Notes under the pieces: generated by a model
Told to the model about the DNA's origin: nothing
What the model saw: only the letters and a program-made list of their open reading frames with translations
The model's database searches: none
Source: Deltaproteobacteria bacterium
GTDB taxonomy: Bacteria; Myxococcota_A; Polyangia; Fen-1088
Direction of reading: 5' to 3'
DNA: 64,000 nucleotides
Assembly: GCA_033763315.1 (NCBI GenBank)
Contig: JANRKS010000024.1
Location: 1 to 64,000, forward strand
Program-made: the position numbers and the translations under genes
Shown here: positions 9,943 to 19,837 of the stretch, in pieces
Numbering within the stretch: position 1 is the stretch's first letter
How the letters are laid out: each line of letters opens with the position of its first letter

Positions 9943-11220
9943 ATGAAACGCGCTGGGTTGACGGCTTTGGCTTTGCTGATCCTGAACATGGGTCGCGCCT
10001 ATGCAGATGCACCCTCGTTTGCCGTTGTGAATCTTTCGGGCAATGGCCTGCCACCCGCCGTTGTGACCGAAGCCGAACGCGAGTACGCGCGCCTGCGCCC
10101 CGCGATGACACCGATCGCCGACGCGCAAATCAAACGCCTGTTGGCCACAGGGGAAACGGCAAGCGCCGCTGTCACGCGCCTGGTTGACGAGGCCCGCGCC
10201 AAACGCAGCGTGGGTGCCTGCATCGATGCGATTCCGCTCGCCACGCAAGCGGAAGACGTGGCGCTCAACAATGTGGCGCCCGATGAGGCGCGTGATCCGC
10301 TCAAAGCAATCTATACATTGATGGTGGCGTGCGAAGACAACTTGGGACGCGCCCAAGCGCGCGATCAGGCGGCGCGCCGGTTGCGTGCCCTCGTCGCTTT
10401 GGCGCCTGATGATTTGCCTGCCGGTCTGTGGGAAGCGTACGTGGAAAAAGCCGTTCCAGGCCCCGGCACAGTTGAACTGCAAGTGGACAGCGAGCCACCA
10501 AACGCTCAGATCCTTCTGAATTTTCACGCCGTGGGTGTCACCCCAACCACGGTGAAACTGCCCCCCGGTGAAGTGCTGATCGAGCTGCAAAAGGAAGGCT
10601 ATAAAAAGGCTTTCCGCCGGATTGAGATGCAAAACCATGCCGAGCGCACCGTATTTCGTTTGATCGACGTGAAGCGCGACCGCAGTGAACTGGTGGTGCA
10701 AGCGATGGTCACATTAGGCGGCAAAGATGAACTGAGAGATCACCCACGCACATTGTCGCAACTGGCCCAGTGGGCGCGGGCGGACGCTTTGGTGCTTTTG
10801 CGGGCCGCGGGGGATCGCGTGTCGATTGAGTTCTTCGACGCAGAACGTGGCCAATTGGCGCAAGAACATTTGTTCTCGCATTACGACGCGCAAAGCGGCC
10901 GCATTGATGTGCTGGCGCAAAAGCCAACGCCCGCGGGTGGACCAGGCAACGAACAAGCGCCCAAGCCCGGCATCTTGGCTCCGGTGGGCAAAGATGGCCG
11001 CGCTTCAGCAAACAAAGTCGCTTTGTCGGCGCCAGAAAATGAAGGTTTAAAGGAAACGTATAAGGGCACCAACGTTAGTGGCCAAGGGCCGCCCAATCGC
11101 GGCACGGGTCCTTGGTGGGGCTGGCTGATCGCGGCCGCGGTGGCCGCAGGCATTGCAGCCGTGGTCATCTCGGATCAACCCAGGAGAAGCAACACGATCG
11201 ACGTCAATGCCGGCTTTTAG
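9943..11220 (+). CDS. Exported PEGA domain protein with C-terminal TM helix
   Basis: Signal peptide, LQVDSEPPNAQILLN..VGVTP...LQKEGYK PEGA motif, PWWGWLIAAAV tail. Confidence 0.8.
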   Translation: MKRAGLTALALLILNMGRAYADAPSFAVVNLSGNGLPPAVVTEAEREYARLRPAMTPIADAQIKRLLATGETASAAVTRLVDEARAKRSVGACIDAIPLATQAEDVALNNVAPDEARDPLKAIYTLMVACEDNLGRAQARDQAARRLRALVALAPDDLPAGLWEAYVEKAVPGPGTVELQVDSEPPNAQILLNFHAVGVTPTTVKLPPGEVLIELQKEGYKKAFRRIEMQNHAERTVFRLIDVKRDRSELVVQAMVTLGGKDELRDHPRTLSQLAQWARADALVLLRAAGDRVSIEFFDAERGQLAQEHLFSHYDAQSGRIDVLAQKPTPAGGPGNEQAPKPGILAPVGKDGRASANKVALSAPENEGLKETYKGTNVSGQGPPNRGTGPWWGWLIAAAVAAGIAAVVISDQPRRSNTIDVNAGF

Positions 11221-11265
11221 GCGCGGCAACTTTGCACATGCCACGAACGGTGCTTTGCTCAAGCG

Positions 11266-12531
11266 GTGACCGCCGTGTCTTCACCTCAAGCCATCGCCGC
11301 TTCGATTGAAGCGGTCTTTCGCATCGAATCCGCCAAGCTCATCGCCACATTGGCGCGCGTGGTGCGCGACGTGGGGCGCGCCGAAGAGCTGGCGCAAGAC
11401 GCCCTGGTGGCGGCGTTAGAACAGTGGCCCACAACGGGCGTGCCGCAAAACCCCGGGGCGTGGCTGATGGCCACCGCCAAACACCGCGCCATCGATTCAC
11501 TGCGCCACCACGCGATGGCCGCGCGCAAACACGAAGAGATTGGACACGACCCTGACCAGAGCGCCGTCACACCCGATGTGGAGGAGGCGCTTGACGACGA
11601 CGTGGGCGACGATCTGTTGCGCCTCATCTTCACCGCGTGCCATCCTGTGCTGTCACCTGAGGGGCGCGCCGCCTTGACGTTGCGTTTGGTGGGCGGTCTC
11701 ACCACGCAGGAGATCGCGCGCGCCTATTTATGTGCCGAACCCACAATCGCGCAGCGGATCGTACGCGCGAAACGAACGCTGCAAGAAGCGAACGTGCCCT
11801 TCGAGCTTCCGCGCGGGCCCGAACGCTTGTCACGGTTGGCCTCCGTGCTTGAAGTGATCTACCTCATTTTCAACGAGGGGTATTCAGCCACCACAGGCGA
11901 AGATTTGATCCGACCCGGTCTGTGTGAAGACGCGCTTCGCGTGGGCCGCATCTTGGCTGAACTTGCACCTGAAGAATCCGAAGTGCATGGGCTCGTGGCC
12001 TTGATGGAGATTCAAGCGTCGCGCACAGGCGCGCGCGTTTCACCCAGCGGCGAACCCGTTTTGCTGTTGGATCAAAACCGCGCGCTTTGGGATCGCGTGC
12101 TCATTGGCCGTGGCTTTGCAGCCCTGCGACGCGCGCTGGAGGTGTCAGCCACGCCCGGGCCCTACGTCGTACAGGCGATGATTGCCGCGTGTCACGCACG
12201 CGCGGCGGCCCCGGAACAAACAGATTGGCAGCAGATCGCCGATCTTTACGGAACGCTTCATTCTTTGCTGCCCACACCCGTGGTTGAGCTGAACCGCGCC
12301 GTCGCTGTGGCCATGGCACAGGGGCCCGCCGAAGGTTTGGTGATCGCAGACGCGTTGGAGCAAAGTGGCGCGCTGGAGGGCTACCACCTGCTGCCAAGCG
12401 TGCGCGCGGATTTTTTATTCAAGCTCGGTCGCACACAAGAGGCCGCCGCGGAGTTTCTCCGGGCGGCCTCCATGGCGCGCAACACGAAAGAACAAACGCT
12501 GCTGCGCAAGCGTGCCGAAAGTTGTTCATGA
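11266..12531 (+). CDS. Large ECF sigma factor with C-terminal TPR/DUF6596 extension (ECF42-like)
   Basis: AEELAQDALVAALEQWP, DDLLRLIFTACHP, EPTIAQRIVRAK, YLIFNEGY, DQNRALWD, PVVELNRAVA. Confidence 0.88.
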   Translation: MTAVSSPQAIAASIEAVFRIESAKLIATLARVVRDVGRAEELAQDALVAALEQWPTTGVPQNPGAWLMATAKHRAIDSLRHHAMAARKHEEIGHDPDQSAVTPDVEEALDDDVGDDLLRLIFTACHPVLSPEGRAALTLRLVGGLTTQEIARAYLCAEPTIAQRIVRAKRTLQEANVPFELPRGPERLSRLASVLEVIYLIFNEGYSATTGEDLIRPGLCEDALRVGRILAELAPEESEVHGLVALMEIQASRTGARVSPSGEPVLLLDQNRALWDRVLIGRGFAALRRALEVSATPGPYVVQAMIAACHARAAAPEQTDWQQIADLYGTLHSLLPTPVVELNRAVAVAMAQGPAEGLVIADALEQSGALEGYHLLPSVRADFLFKLGRTQEAAAEFLRAASMARNTKEQTLLRKRAESCS

Positions 12532-12667
12532 AGTTCTCCTTGATGTCCCGCCGGTAAAGGTTGCAAAGCGCCGGCCAACGCTCGTGCACCGCGCTTGTTC
12601 GGAGCACGCGCTCATCAGCTGTGTGGCCTCTGGCTTACGACGTGTGTTGTTTGTTAGTGTGCGGGCC

Positions 12668-15262
12668 ATGTTCAGGCGCCTTCCCCTCCGCGTGTGTTTC
12701 TCAGCGGCCGTCGCGGGCGCGGCTTTGCTTTTGATCCTAGGCAGTGCCGCTGGCGAAGACGAACCCGTGGGGGTCGCGGTGGTGCCGAACGCCAGTGCGT
12801 TCGCCAAACACCTCATCGCGCGCCTGCAGCTAGACCAGCACACGCGCGTGACAACCGATCCCGCGCACGCCCGCGTGGTGTGGCTGCTCCCCGACGCCAC
12901 CCCACAGCAGGCCGCCACCGCCGCAGCGGCGCACGCACGCGGGGCCGGCCTCGTGGTGGTGGCGGGGCCTGGGGTTTTGCCTGCACCGCTGTTGCCACTT
13001 CATCACGCATCATCACACCAAGAGGGCGCCGTGGGCGTGGAACCCAACCGCGCCAGCACCATGGCCAAGCGCGTGGCGTTTCGTTCAATGCCAAAGCTGC
13101 GCGCGCGCCGCTTATTAAAGGGGCCCGGACAGGTGGTGGCTTACGTGCCCAGCGAGGGCACCGTGGTGTTGCAGCACGAGCGCGTCGTGTTGATTGGTTT
13201 TGCCCCTGATGAACCCACGAACGAAGCGCTGTTTCGTTGGGGCTATTGGAACTACTTTGTGCATGCGGCAACGTTCACGGCCGCACAAGCGCCCTATGAA
13301 ACGTTCGCGGATTGGCCGGCCTCGCCCGCGCCCCATGCCGCGCGCAAAGGCTTGTGGCTGACGTTCTTGGTGATCATATGGCCGCTGTCACTGCTGGCGT
13401 TTTGGTTTGCGAGGCGCGCCGGCCGCAAGCAACCACCCGACGCGGCTCGCGAGTTCTTGCGCGCGCTCGATCGAGGCAGCCCGGTGGCTACAACAGAAGC
13501 TTCGTCATGGACGCGCGTTGGCTTTGAGCGTGCGCTGGGCGGTTATTTCGTGCTTGTGGGCGCACTCGTCGTCTTCATCGCGCCTTACGTGGGCATCGTT
13601 CAGTTCGTGATTCCCACGTATGTGCAAAAGTTCCCCGAGGTCGAAGGGATGTGGAACTCAGTGTACGAGTTCTTCTGGTGGGTGTGGATCTTCTTCGACA
13701 TGGGCACGAGCCTGGCGTTCGTGAAATACTTCGCTGAGCTTCGCACCCGTGATCCAGACGGTGCTTTGCACGCCGTGCAGTTCTTTAGCTGGTGGCAAAT
13801 CCTCACCGGCGCCTTGCAAGTCACGTTCGTTTCGTTGTTGGGCTTGTTCATCATTCCACACACCGAATACGCGTTGTTCTCCGACCTCATCGCGCTTTAT
13901 GGGCTCACCCAATGGCCGGGCATTTTCTTCACGTTGGCCTACTTCTTTCAGGCCGCGCAAAGATACGATTACTACCAAGCGCTTGATCTACTGCAGAACC
14001 GATTCTTGGTGGTGGTAGGCCCCGTGCCGTTCGTGCTGATGGGGCGTGCGTGGGGCGCGAATCACGCCGAGTTCGGCGAAGCCCTGGGCGCGATGTATGG
14101 CTTGGCGGTGGGCCAGAACGTGATCGGCGTGGTGGTGCTGTTGGTTTCTTATGGTTTTTACCGACGCTTAGGCGTGCCCGCGTGGCCGCTGTTTCTCGCC
14201 AACTTCGGCAAGAAAACCGTGGTGCCAATCCTGCGATTTGGCTGGAAAGCCATGCTGGCGGGAGTGCTTTACCGCATCGGCAACGCGATCGAAGTCATCG
14301 TGTTAACTGCCTTGCTGCTGTCTTACAGCGAGAGCATCGGCATCAAGAGCCTGCTCGAATATAATTTCTATTTCATCTTCCGGTTTCTGGCCGGGTGGGC
14401 CGATCCGGCGATCGCGGCTTTTTCTGAAGCCCACGCCGCCGGCAAGCAGAACCTCGTGCGGTACTACACCGCGCGCTATCTGCAGTGGGCTTATCTTTAC
14501 GTCGCGATCATTTTTTCCTTCATGGTGGCGCTGGCGCCGCTGTTCATTCGGCGCGCCTTAGATCCACGTTGGGCCGCGGCCGCGCCGTTGGTGCTGGCGG
14601 CGTGCATTCGCGGTTTGTTTTTGCCGCCGGCCTTGATTTTGGATTCGCTGCAAAAGGGCGCCGGGCAGCCGGGCCGCAACGCGATCGTGCTCACCGTTGA
14701 ACAGTTGTGTCGATTAGGCTTTTTGTTTCTGTTGGTGCCGCGCTATCAAGTGAGCGGCGCGTTTTTGGCGATGGCGTTGGCGCTGGCGATCAAGTGCGTT
14801 TTCGTCTGGTACATGTGCAACCGCAGCGTGGTGAGGTTATCGGTGCCGTGGCGTTCAGTATTGTTGGCGCCGCTGCTGGCGGGGGCGCTCAACTTCTGCA
14901 TCTGGCGTGCGGTGGCGGCAGCCTTGGCCGGTGCCGGGCGCGGGGCTGTTGTGACCGCGATGATCTTCGCAGCGATCTTGTCCTTCCCGCTGTGCTTCTT
15001 CTTCATGGGCATGGTGGGGGGGGCCGAACCGCGCGCGTTGGCTGAATTGCGCGAAGGCGCCCGCATGGCATCGGTGTTCGCGCCCGTGGCCCGCGTGTTG
15101 GCGTGGCTCACGCGGCAAGGCGCGCGGCTGCGTTTGCTGGCCCCCACGTTCCCTCAGGCGTTGGGTGCCAGTGCCGAAACGGAAGCACGACAAATCGAGG
15201 CCATGCACGCGGCGGCCGTGGCTGCACAGGCCACCGCCACGCCAAGCGCGCCGGCTACTTAA
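12668..15262 (+). CDS. Membrane protein: N-terminal soluble domain fused to a MATE/Wzx-like flippase domain
   Basis: Signal-like N-terminus, about 200-aa soluble region, then many TM helices including FFDMGTSLAFVKYFAE, resembling the polysaccharide-exporter TM2 DxG motif. Confidence 0.6.
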   Translation: MFRRLPLRVCFSAAVAGAALLLILGSAAGEDEPVGVAVVPNASAFAKHLIARLQLDQHTRVTTDPAHARVVWLLPDATPQQAATAAAAHARGAGLVVVAGPGVLPAPLLPLHHASSHQEGAVGVEPNRASTMAKRVAFRSMPKLRARRLLKGPGQVVAYVPSEGTVVLQHERVVLIGFAPDEPTNEALFRWGYWNYFVHAATFTAAQAPYETFADWPASPAPHAARKGLWLTFLVIIWPLSLLAFWFARRAGRKQPPDAAREFLRALDRGSPVATTEASSWTRVGFERALGGYFVLVGALVVFIAPYVGIVQFVIPTYVQKFPEVEGMWNSVYEFFWWVWIFFDMGTSLAFVKYFAELRTRDPDGALHAVQFFSWWQILTGALQVTFVSLLGLFIIPHTEYALFSDLIALYGLTQWPGIFFTLAYFFQAAQRYDYYQALDLLQNRFLVVVGPVPFVLMGRAWGANHAEFGEALGAMYGLAVGQNVIGVVVLLVSYGFYRRLGVPAWPLFLANFGKKTVVPILRFGWKAMLAGVLYRIGNAIEVIVLTALLLSYSESIGIKSLLEYNFYFIFRFLAGWADPAIAAFSEAHAAGKQNLVRYYTARYLQWAYLYVAIIFSFMVALAPLFIRRALDPRWAAAAPLVLAACIRGLFLPPALILDSLQKGAGQPGRNAIVLTVEQLCRLGFLFLLVPRYQVSGAFLAMALALAIKCVFVWYMCNRSVVRLSVPWRSVLLAPLLAGALNFCIWRAVAAALAGAGRGAVVTAMIFAAILSFPLCFFFMGMVGGAEPRALAELREGARMASVFAPVARVLAWLTRQGARLRLLAPTFPQALGASAETEARQIEAMHAAAVAAQATATPSAPAT

Positions 15263-16238
15263 GGCGCACTTCGCGGCCGCTGCGCGAAGACTCTTCTGCC
15301 GCCAGCATCACTTCCATCACGTGACGCGCGTGTTCAGCCGTCACCGGCAAGGCCGTGTTGTCTCGCACGCATTCACCGAACGCGCGGAACTCCGCGGCCA
15401 TCGCATCAATGTCCTCATAGGGCACAGGCTCATACGCGTTTTGGCGCGCGGCCCACAAGCCCGGGTTCGGAGGGAACGTTGAAACTTTCAACATGCCTTT
15501 GGTGCACACGAACTCGCCAATCCAACGTTCATCACCCACGTCGTAACCCGCGTGCGTGAGCGTGCTTAGCAATCCATTTTCGTGGTGGAGCATCGCCACC
15601 GCCGTGTCATCTGATTTGAGACCCAACAGTGGGCTGCCAATCGAAGCCTTCACGCCAACGACGCGGCTACCGGTGAACCAGATCATGCGATCGATCATGT
15701 GGTTTCCGTTCATGAACCACATGCCACCGCCGTGCGCACGATCCAAGAACCAAGGCTGCCGCACCGACAAGCCAAAGGGTTTGTACCAGGTGTCGGTGAC
15801 CACCACGGGCCGCCCCAGCTCGCCACTGTCGAGCAACTTCTTCGCCGCTTGGTTCATGCCGAAGAAGTGCTGCGTTTGCCCCACGAACAGTTTGACGTTG
15901 GCCTTGGCCGCCGCTTCGATCATTTGGTCGCACTCCAGCAGCGTCATCGCCATCGGCTTCTCAAGCAGAATGTGTTTGCCTGCGCGGGCTGCAGCGACCA
16001 CGGCCTCAAGGTGTTGGTCGTTGCGCAAACCGATCACAACGGCGTCGATCTCCGGTCGTTCCAGCATGGCGCGCCAATCGGCGTGACCGGTGCCGCCAAA
16101 CTTGCCCACCAACTCCGCTAAGCGATCGGGGCGCGCGGACGCCATGCCCCGAAGTTCCAATAACCCGCCGTTGGCGAGAACCGCTTGCGCGTGCCCGGCC
16201 GCGATGCGGCCACCTCCGATAATGCCGATGCCGATCAT
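15255..16238 (-). CDS. Gfo/Idh/MocA family oxidoreductase
   Basis: IGIIGGGRIA Rossmann motif, AGKHILLEKPMA, GGGMWFMNGNHMID. Confidence 0.92.
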   Translation of the reverse strand: MIGIGIIGGGRIAAGHAQAVLANGGLLELRGMASARPDRLAELVGKFGGTGHADWRAMLERPEIDAVVIGLRNDQHLEAVVAAARAGKHILLEKPMAMTLLECDQMIEAAAKANVKLFVGQTQHFFGMNQAAKKLLDSGELGRPVVVTDTWYKPFGLSVRQPWFLDRAHGGGMWFMNGNHMIDRMIWFTGSRVVGVKASIGSPLLGLKSDDTAVAMLHHENGLLSTLTHAGYDVGDERWIGEFVCTKGMLKVSTFPPNPGLWAARQNAYEPVPYEDIDAMAAEFRAFGECVRDNTALPVTAEHARHVMEVMLAAEESSRSGREVRLK

Positions 16239-16369
16239 GGGAAGCGCACGATGCCAGTCACTGTTGCGACACGCAAGGCAGATGCGCCGCCTTGCCACAC
16301 ACCTTTACATGCTCGTTAACCGGCGGCCGGCGCCGCGCGAGCTGCGCGAACCTTTGGTAAAGTGTGCAA

Positions 16370-17545
16370 ATGAAACGCGTGCTTTGGCCGAGGTATGTCT
16401 TGGCGAGACGTACATTGGCACTGGTGGCCGGCACCGCAGTTTGCGCGGGCGCGTGGGCCACGCCAGCGCTGTGGGCCTCGCGCGCGCCCGGGCCCACGCC
16501 GGTGGATCCGGTGCCACAAACGCGAGCCCGGCTTCGCCCGCCTTCACCTCCGCCGTCTGCGACGCCCGAAGCCGACGAGCCTGAGCCTCCTGCCACGTTC
16601 CCCATAGTTGGCCCGCAACGCCGCCAGCGCGGGGTGGCGCTGGGCCTGTTCGCCGAAGACGTCAGTTTCGATTACCAGCCCCTGCTGGCCGAGATCGCCA
16701 AGTTGGGCGCCAGCCACGTGGCGCTCATCGTTCCTCTTTATCAGGAGCATGGCGGCTCTACATCGCTCTACTTGCACACGCGCTATTCGCCCACGCTGGA
16801 AGGCGTGGCTGAAACCGTGCGGCTGGCCAAGCGTGAAAATCTGGAAGTCACCCTGTTTCCCATTGTACGGCTGTTGCACCCGCGCGCCCCCGATGAATGG
16901 CGGGGCACCTTGGCCCCCGAAGACGAGGCCAAGTGGTTTGCGAGCTATGGCCAGCAGCTTGGATCGTTGGCGGCCTTGGGCGCGATGACGGGCGCCTCCC
17001 GCTTCGTGGTGGGCAGTGAGCTTTCAACGTTGGATGTGGATGTGCAGCCCTGGAAACCTTTGCTCGAACGACTGCGCGCCGTGTTCTCGGGCACGCTGGT
17101 CTACTCCGCCAACTGGGATCACTACCGCAAAGCCGCGTTGCTGGATCTTGTGGACGAGGCCGGCATCACAGGCTACTTCGATCTGCGCCGCGGCGACGGC
17201 CCGGTGGATCTGGACGTTATGGTCCGCCGCTGGAAGGGGTTGCGCGTGGAGTTGGAGGCGTGGGCGCGGCCGCGCCACCAACCTTGGTTGTTCACGGAAC
17301 TTGGCTATAGGTCTAAAGTCGGTAGCACAGCAACGCCGTGGGATGAGACCCCCGGGGGCACGGCTGATGCCCAAGAGCAAAGCAGCGGCTTCGAGGCGTT
17401 CCGTCAAGCGTGGACCACAGGCTCTTCGTTGGCAGGTGTTTACATTTGGAATTGGTACGGCTGGGGCGGCTCCAAATCGATCGGATACACACCCCGAGGT
17501 AAACCTGCCGTCAAGGTTGTGCAACGTTTGTTAGACGAGTTGTGA
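16370..17545 (+). CDS. Glycoside hydrolase family 113-like TIM-barrel protein
   Basis: WRG, VGSEL (acid/base Glu), YSANWD, FTELGYRS (nucleophile Glu), YIWNW. N-terminal anchor and Pro-rich linker. Confidence 0.78.
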   Translation: MKRVLWPRYVLARRTLALVAGTAVCAGAWATPALWASRAPGPTPVDPVPQTRARLRPPSPPPSATPEADEPEPPATFPIVGPQRRQRGVALGLFAEDVSFDYQPLLAEIAKLGASHVALIVPLYQEHGGSTSLYLHTRYSPTLEGVAETVRLAKRENLEVTLFPIVRLLHPRAPDEWRGTLAPEDEAKWFASYGQQLGSLAALGAMTGASRFVVGSELSTLDVDVQPWKPLLERLRAVFSGTLVYSANWDHYRKAALLDLVDEAGITGYFDLRRGDGPVDLDVMVRRWKGLRVELEAWARPRHQPWLFTELGYRSKVGSTATPWDETPGGTADAQEQSSGFEAFRQAWTTGSSLAGVYIWNWYGWGGSKSIGYTPRGKPAVKVVQRLLDEL

Positions 17546-17611
17546 GCGGTCCGGGTGGAAATTTTGTCGCTTCTTTTCGGCGGTGCGGTGGCCACGTGTT
17601 AAGCTGCGTTC

Positions 17612-18163
17612 GTGCACGCCTGGCACGATATCTACGTTGACGACAAGATCGTCGAAGACACGTTTCCCGTGGTGATCGAGGTCCCCAAGGGAAGCAAGAA
17701 TAAATACGAGCTGGACAAAGAAACCGGCTTCTTGCGGTTGGATCGGGTGCTTTACAGCGCCGTCCACTACCCCGCAAATTACGGTTTCATTCCACGCACC
17801 TTCTGCGACGACGGCGATCCGTTAGACGCGTTGGTGTTGGGGCAAGAGCCGGTCGATCCTCTGGTTGTCGTTGAAGCGCGCGCCATCGGTTTGATGCGCA
17901 TGCGTGACGACAAGGGCCTGGACGATAAAATCATCGCCGTCTCGGTGCACGATCCATCGGTGTCGGATTACAGCACGCATAAGCAGCTTCCCGCGCACGT
18001 GGGCCGCGAAATCAAGCGCTTCTTCCAAGACTATAAGGTCCTCGAAAACAAGATGGTGGAAGTGGAAGATCTGCTCGGGCCACAAGAGGCTTTGGTGATC
18101 ATTCGCGAAGCGCTTGACCTTTACCGCAAGCTCCGCCGCGGTGAAGTCAGCAAATTTAAATAG
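17612..18163 (+). CDS. ppa: Inorganic pyrophosphatase (family I)
   Basis: KNKYELDK, YPANYGFIPRT, DDGDPLD, DDKIIAV, FFQDYK. Confidence 0.95.
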   Translation: MHAWHDIYVDDKIVEDTFPVVIEVPKGSKNKYELDKETGFLRLDRVLYSAVHYPANYGFIPRTFCDDGDPLDALVLGQEPVDPLVVVEARAIGLMRMRDDKGLDDKIIAVSVHDPSVSDYSTHKQLPAHVGREIKRFFQDYKVLENKMVEVEDLLGPQEALVIIREALDLYRKLRRGEVSKFK

Positions 18164-18166
18164 GCG

Positions 18167-19837
18167 CTAAAGCGCCGGCGCCTGTGTAAACCCGGGTGAC
18201 ATCACGATGTCACGCAACAGGCGCACAAACTGCCCAGCCCCCGTGGCTGCGGCGTTCGACTGCAGCTTCGTAAGCACCCATTCCTCGTCGGCCGATGGCG
18301 CGTGGCCCAAGGCGTGGGTGTAAAGGCGCCTAACGAGGCAGGGCAGCATGCCGTCGTGCTTCGCCACCAGGCGTGAAAGTTCGCGTGGCCCCGCAAACGC
18401 CTCGTCGAACAAATCGCCCGAAGCGTTGATGGGCGCCCCGTTGTCTTTAAGTTGTACGGCACCCATGGCGTCGAAATTTTCGAGGCCAAAGCCGATCGGA
18501 TCCATCGCCTTGTGGCAGCCTGCGCACGCCGGGTTTTGCATGTGAGCCTCAATTTGCTGCCGCTTGGTGGTGCCGTTCGTGCGCTCGCCTAAGGTGGTGT
18601 TCACGTTCGCAGGTGGCGGCGGCGGCTCCTGACACAGCAGTTCGTTGATGAACTTGCCCCGCAAGGTGGGTGACGTTTCAGATTGGCGTGCCCGCGCCGC
18701 CAACAACGCCGGCTCGGTGAGCAATCCCACCCGCAGACCATCGGTTGGCAACTTCACGCGCACAAAAGAGTCGCTTGGCGCTGTGACGCCTAAGATGGCT
18801 GCGGTTTGTTGATTGGCGAACACATACCCCGGATCGAACACATCTGCGAAGGGACGTCCCTCGACGATCAGCACCTCGCTGAACAGGTTGTATACGGCCT
18901 GCACCATCGCTGCCCTGGTGGCGGCCGTGGCCAAAGGAAACTTCGCGAGGTCCTTGGGTGCATCGGCCAACAAGTACAAACCAAGGTAGCCATCGGCGAA
19001 GCCACGCAGCCCTTCAGCGAGCCGCGCTTTGTCTGCCAGCAACCGATCGAGTTGGCGCGACAAGCCCACTGCGTTGCCGAGCGAACGATCTTCAGCGGCG
19101 CCAAGCAACGCTTCGTCAGGCGTGGTGCCCCACAACAAATACGACAAGCGTGACGCCCGTTCAAACGGCGTGAGCAGGCTCCCCTGCGGCGTGGTTTCGC
19201 CGATTTCGCTGTGATACAGAAACTTAGGCGACAGCAACAAACCCGTGAGCGCGTAGCGCGCGCCCGCGAAGAAATCTTTGAAGGCCAAGGCGGCCCCGGT
19301 GCCAACCGCAGCGAAGCGCTGTGTTTCTTCGCTCGTCAACGGGCGCCGAAACAGCCGGCGGCCCACCTTCGCCACGAACATCTGCATGCAAGTTTGATCT
19401 TGTGGCTGCATGGGCGTGCAGGTGATCCACGTGGTTCGTTGGCCAGCGTCGGCCATCACTGCCGTGGCGATACGAACCGCGGTGTCGTCATACTTGCGGA
19501 TCCCTTCGGATGAGACAGACACGGCTCGTCCACCCACGGTCGCAAAACCTTCGCTGCGAAAGTCGAGCTCGGGCACGGCTTGGTTTGCGAACTTGGCGCC
19601 AAAGATGTCACTGATGGTGTTTGTGAATTGCCGCGCGGTGATCCGCTGCAAGCCTCCTGTCACCGCGAATTTTGTTTCCTCGATCGGCTTGCCGCCTGCG
19701 GCATTCGTGCCCACACCGGCCGCGCCACCTTGAGAGCCACCGTTGCTACCTTGGTTGTCGGGCCCCGCTTGAGAATTGCCCACTTGCCCTGAACACGCAC
19801 AAACAAAGGCAAACAACACGCACAGAGGCAACCTCAT
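18167..19837 (-). CDS. DUF1592/DUF1588/DUF1585-type lipoprotein with a heme-binding CxxCH
   Basis: Lipobox [53 protein letters not shown]. Confidence 0.88.
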   Translation of the reverse strand: MRLPLCVLFAFVCACSGQVGNSQAGPDNQGSNGGSQGGAAGVGTNAAGGKPIEETKFAVTGGLQRITARQFTNTISDIFGAKFANQAVPELDFRSEGFATVGGRAVSVSSEGIRKYDDTAVRIATAVMADAGQRTTWITCTPMQPQDQTCMQMFVAKVGRRLFRRPLTSEETQRFAAVGTGAALAFKDFFAGARYALTGLLLSPKFLYHSEIGETTPQGSLLTPFERASRLSYLLWGTTPDEALLGAAEDRSLGNAVGLSRQLDRLLADKARLAEGLRGFADGYLGLYLLADAPKDLAKFPLATAATRAAMVQAVYNLFSEVLIVEGRPFADVFDPGYVFANQQTAAILGVTAPSDSFVRVKLPTDGLRVGLLTEPALLAARARQSETSPTLRGKFINELLCQEPPPPPANVNTTLGERTNGTTKRQQIEAHMQNPACAGCHKAMDPIGFGLENFDAMGAVQLKDNGAPINASGDLFDEAFAGPRELSRLVAKHDGMLPCLVRRLYTHALGHAPSADEEWVLTKLQSNAAATGAGQFVRLLRDIVMSPGFTQAPAL

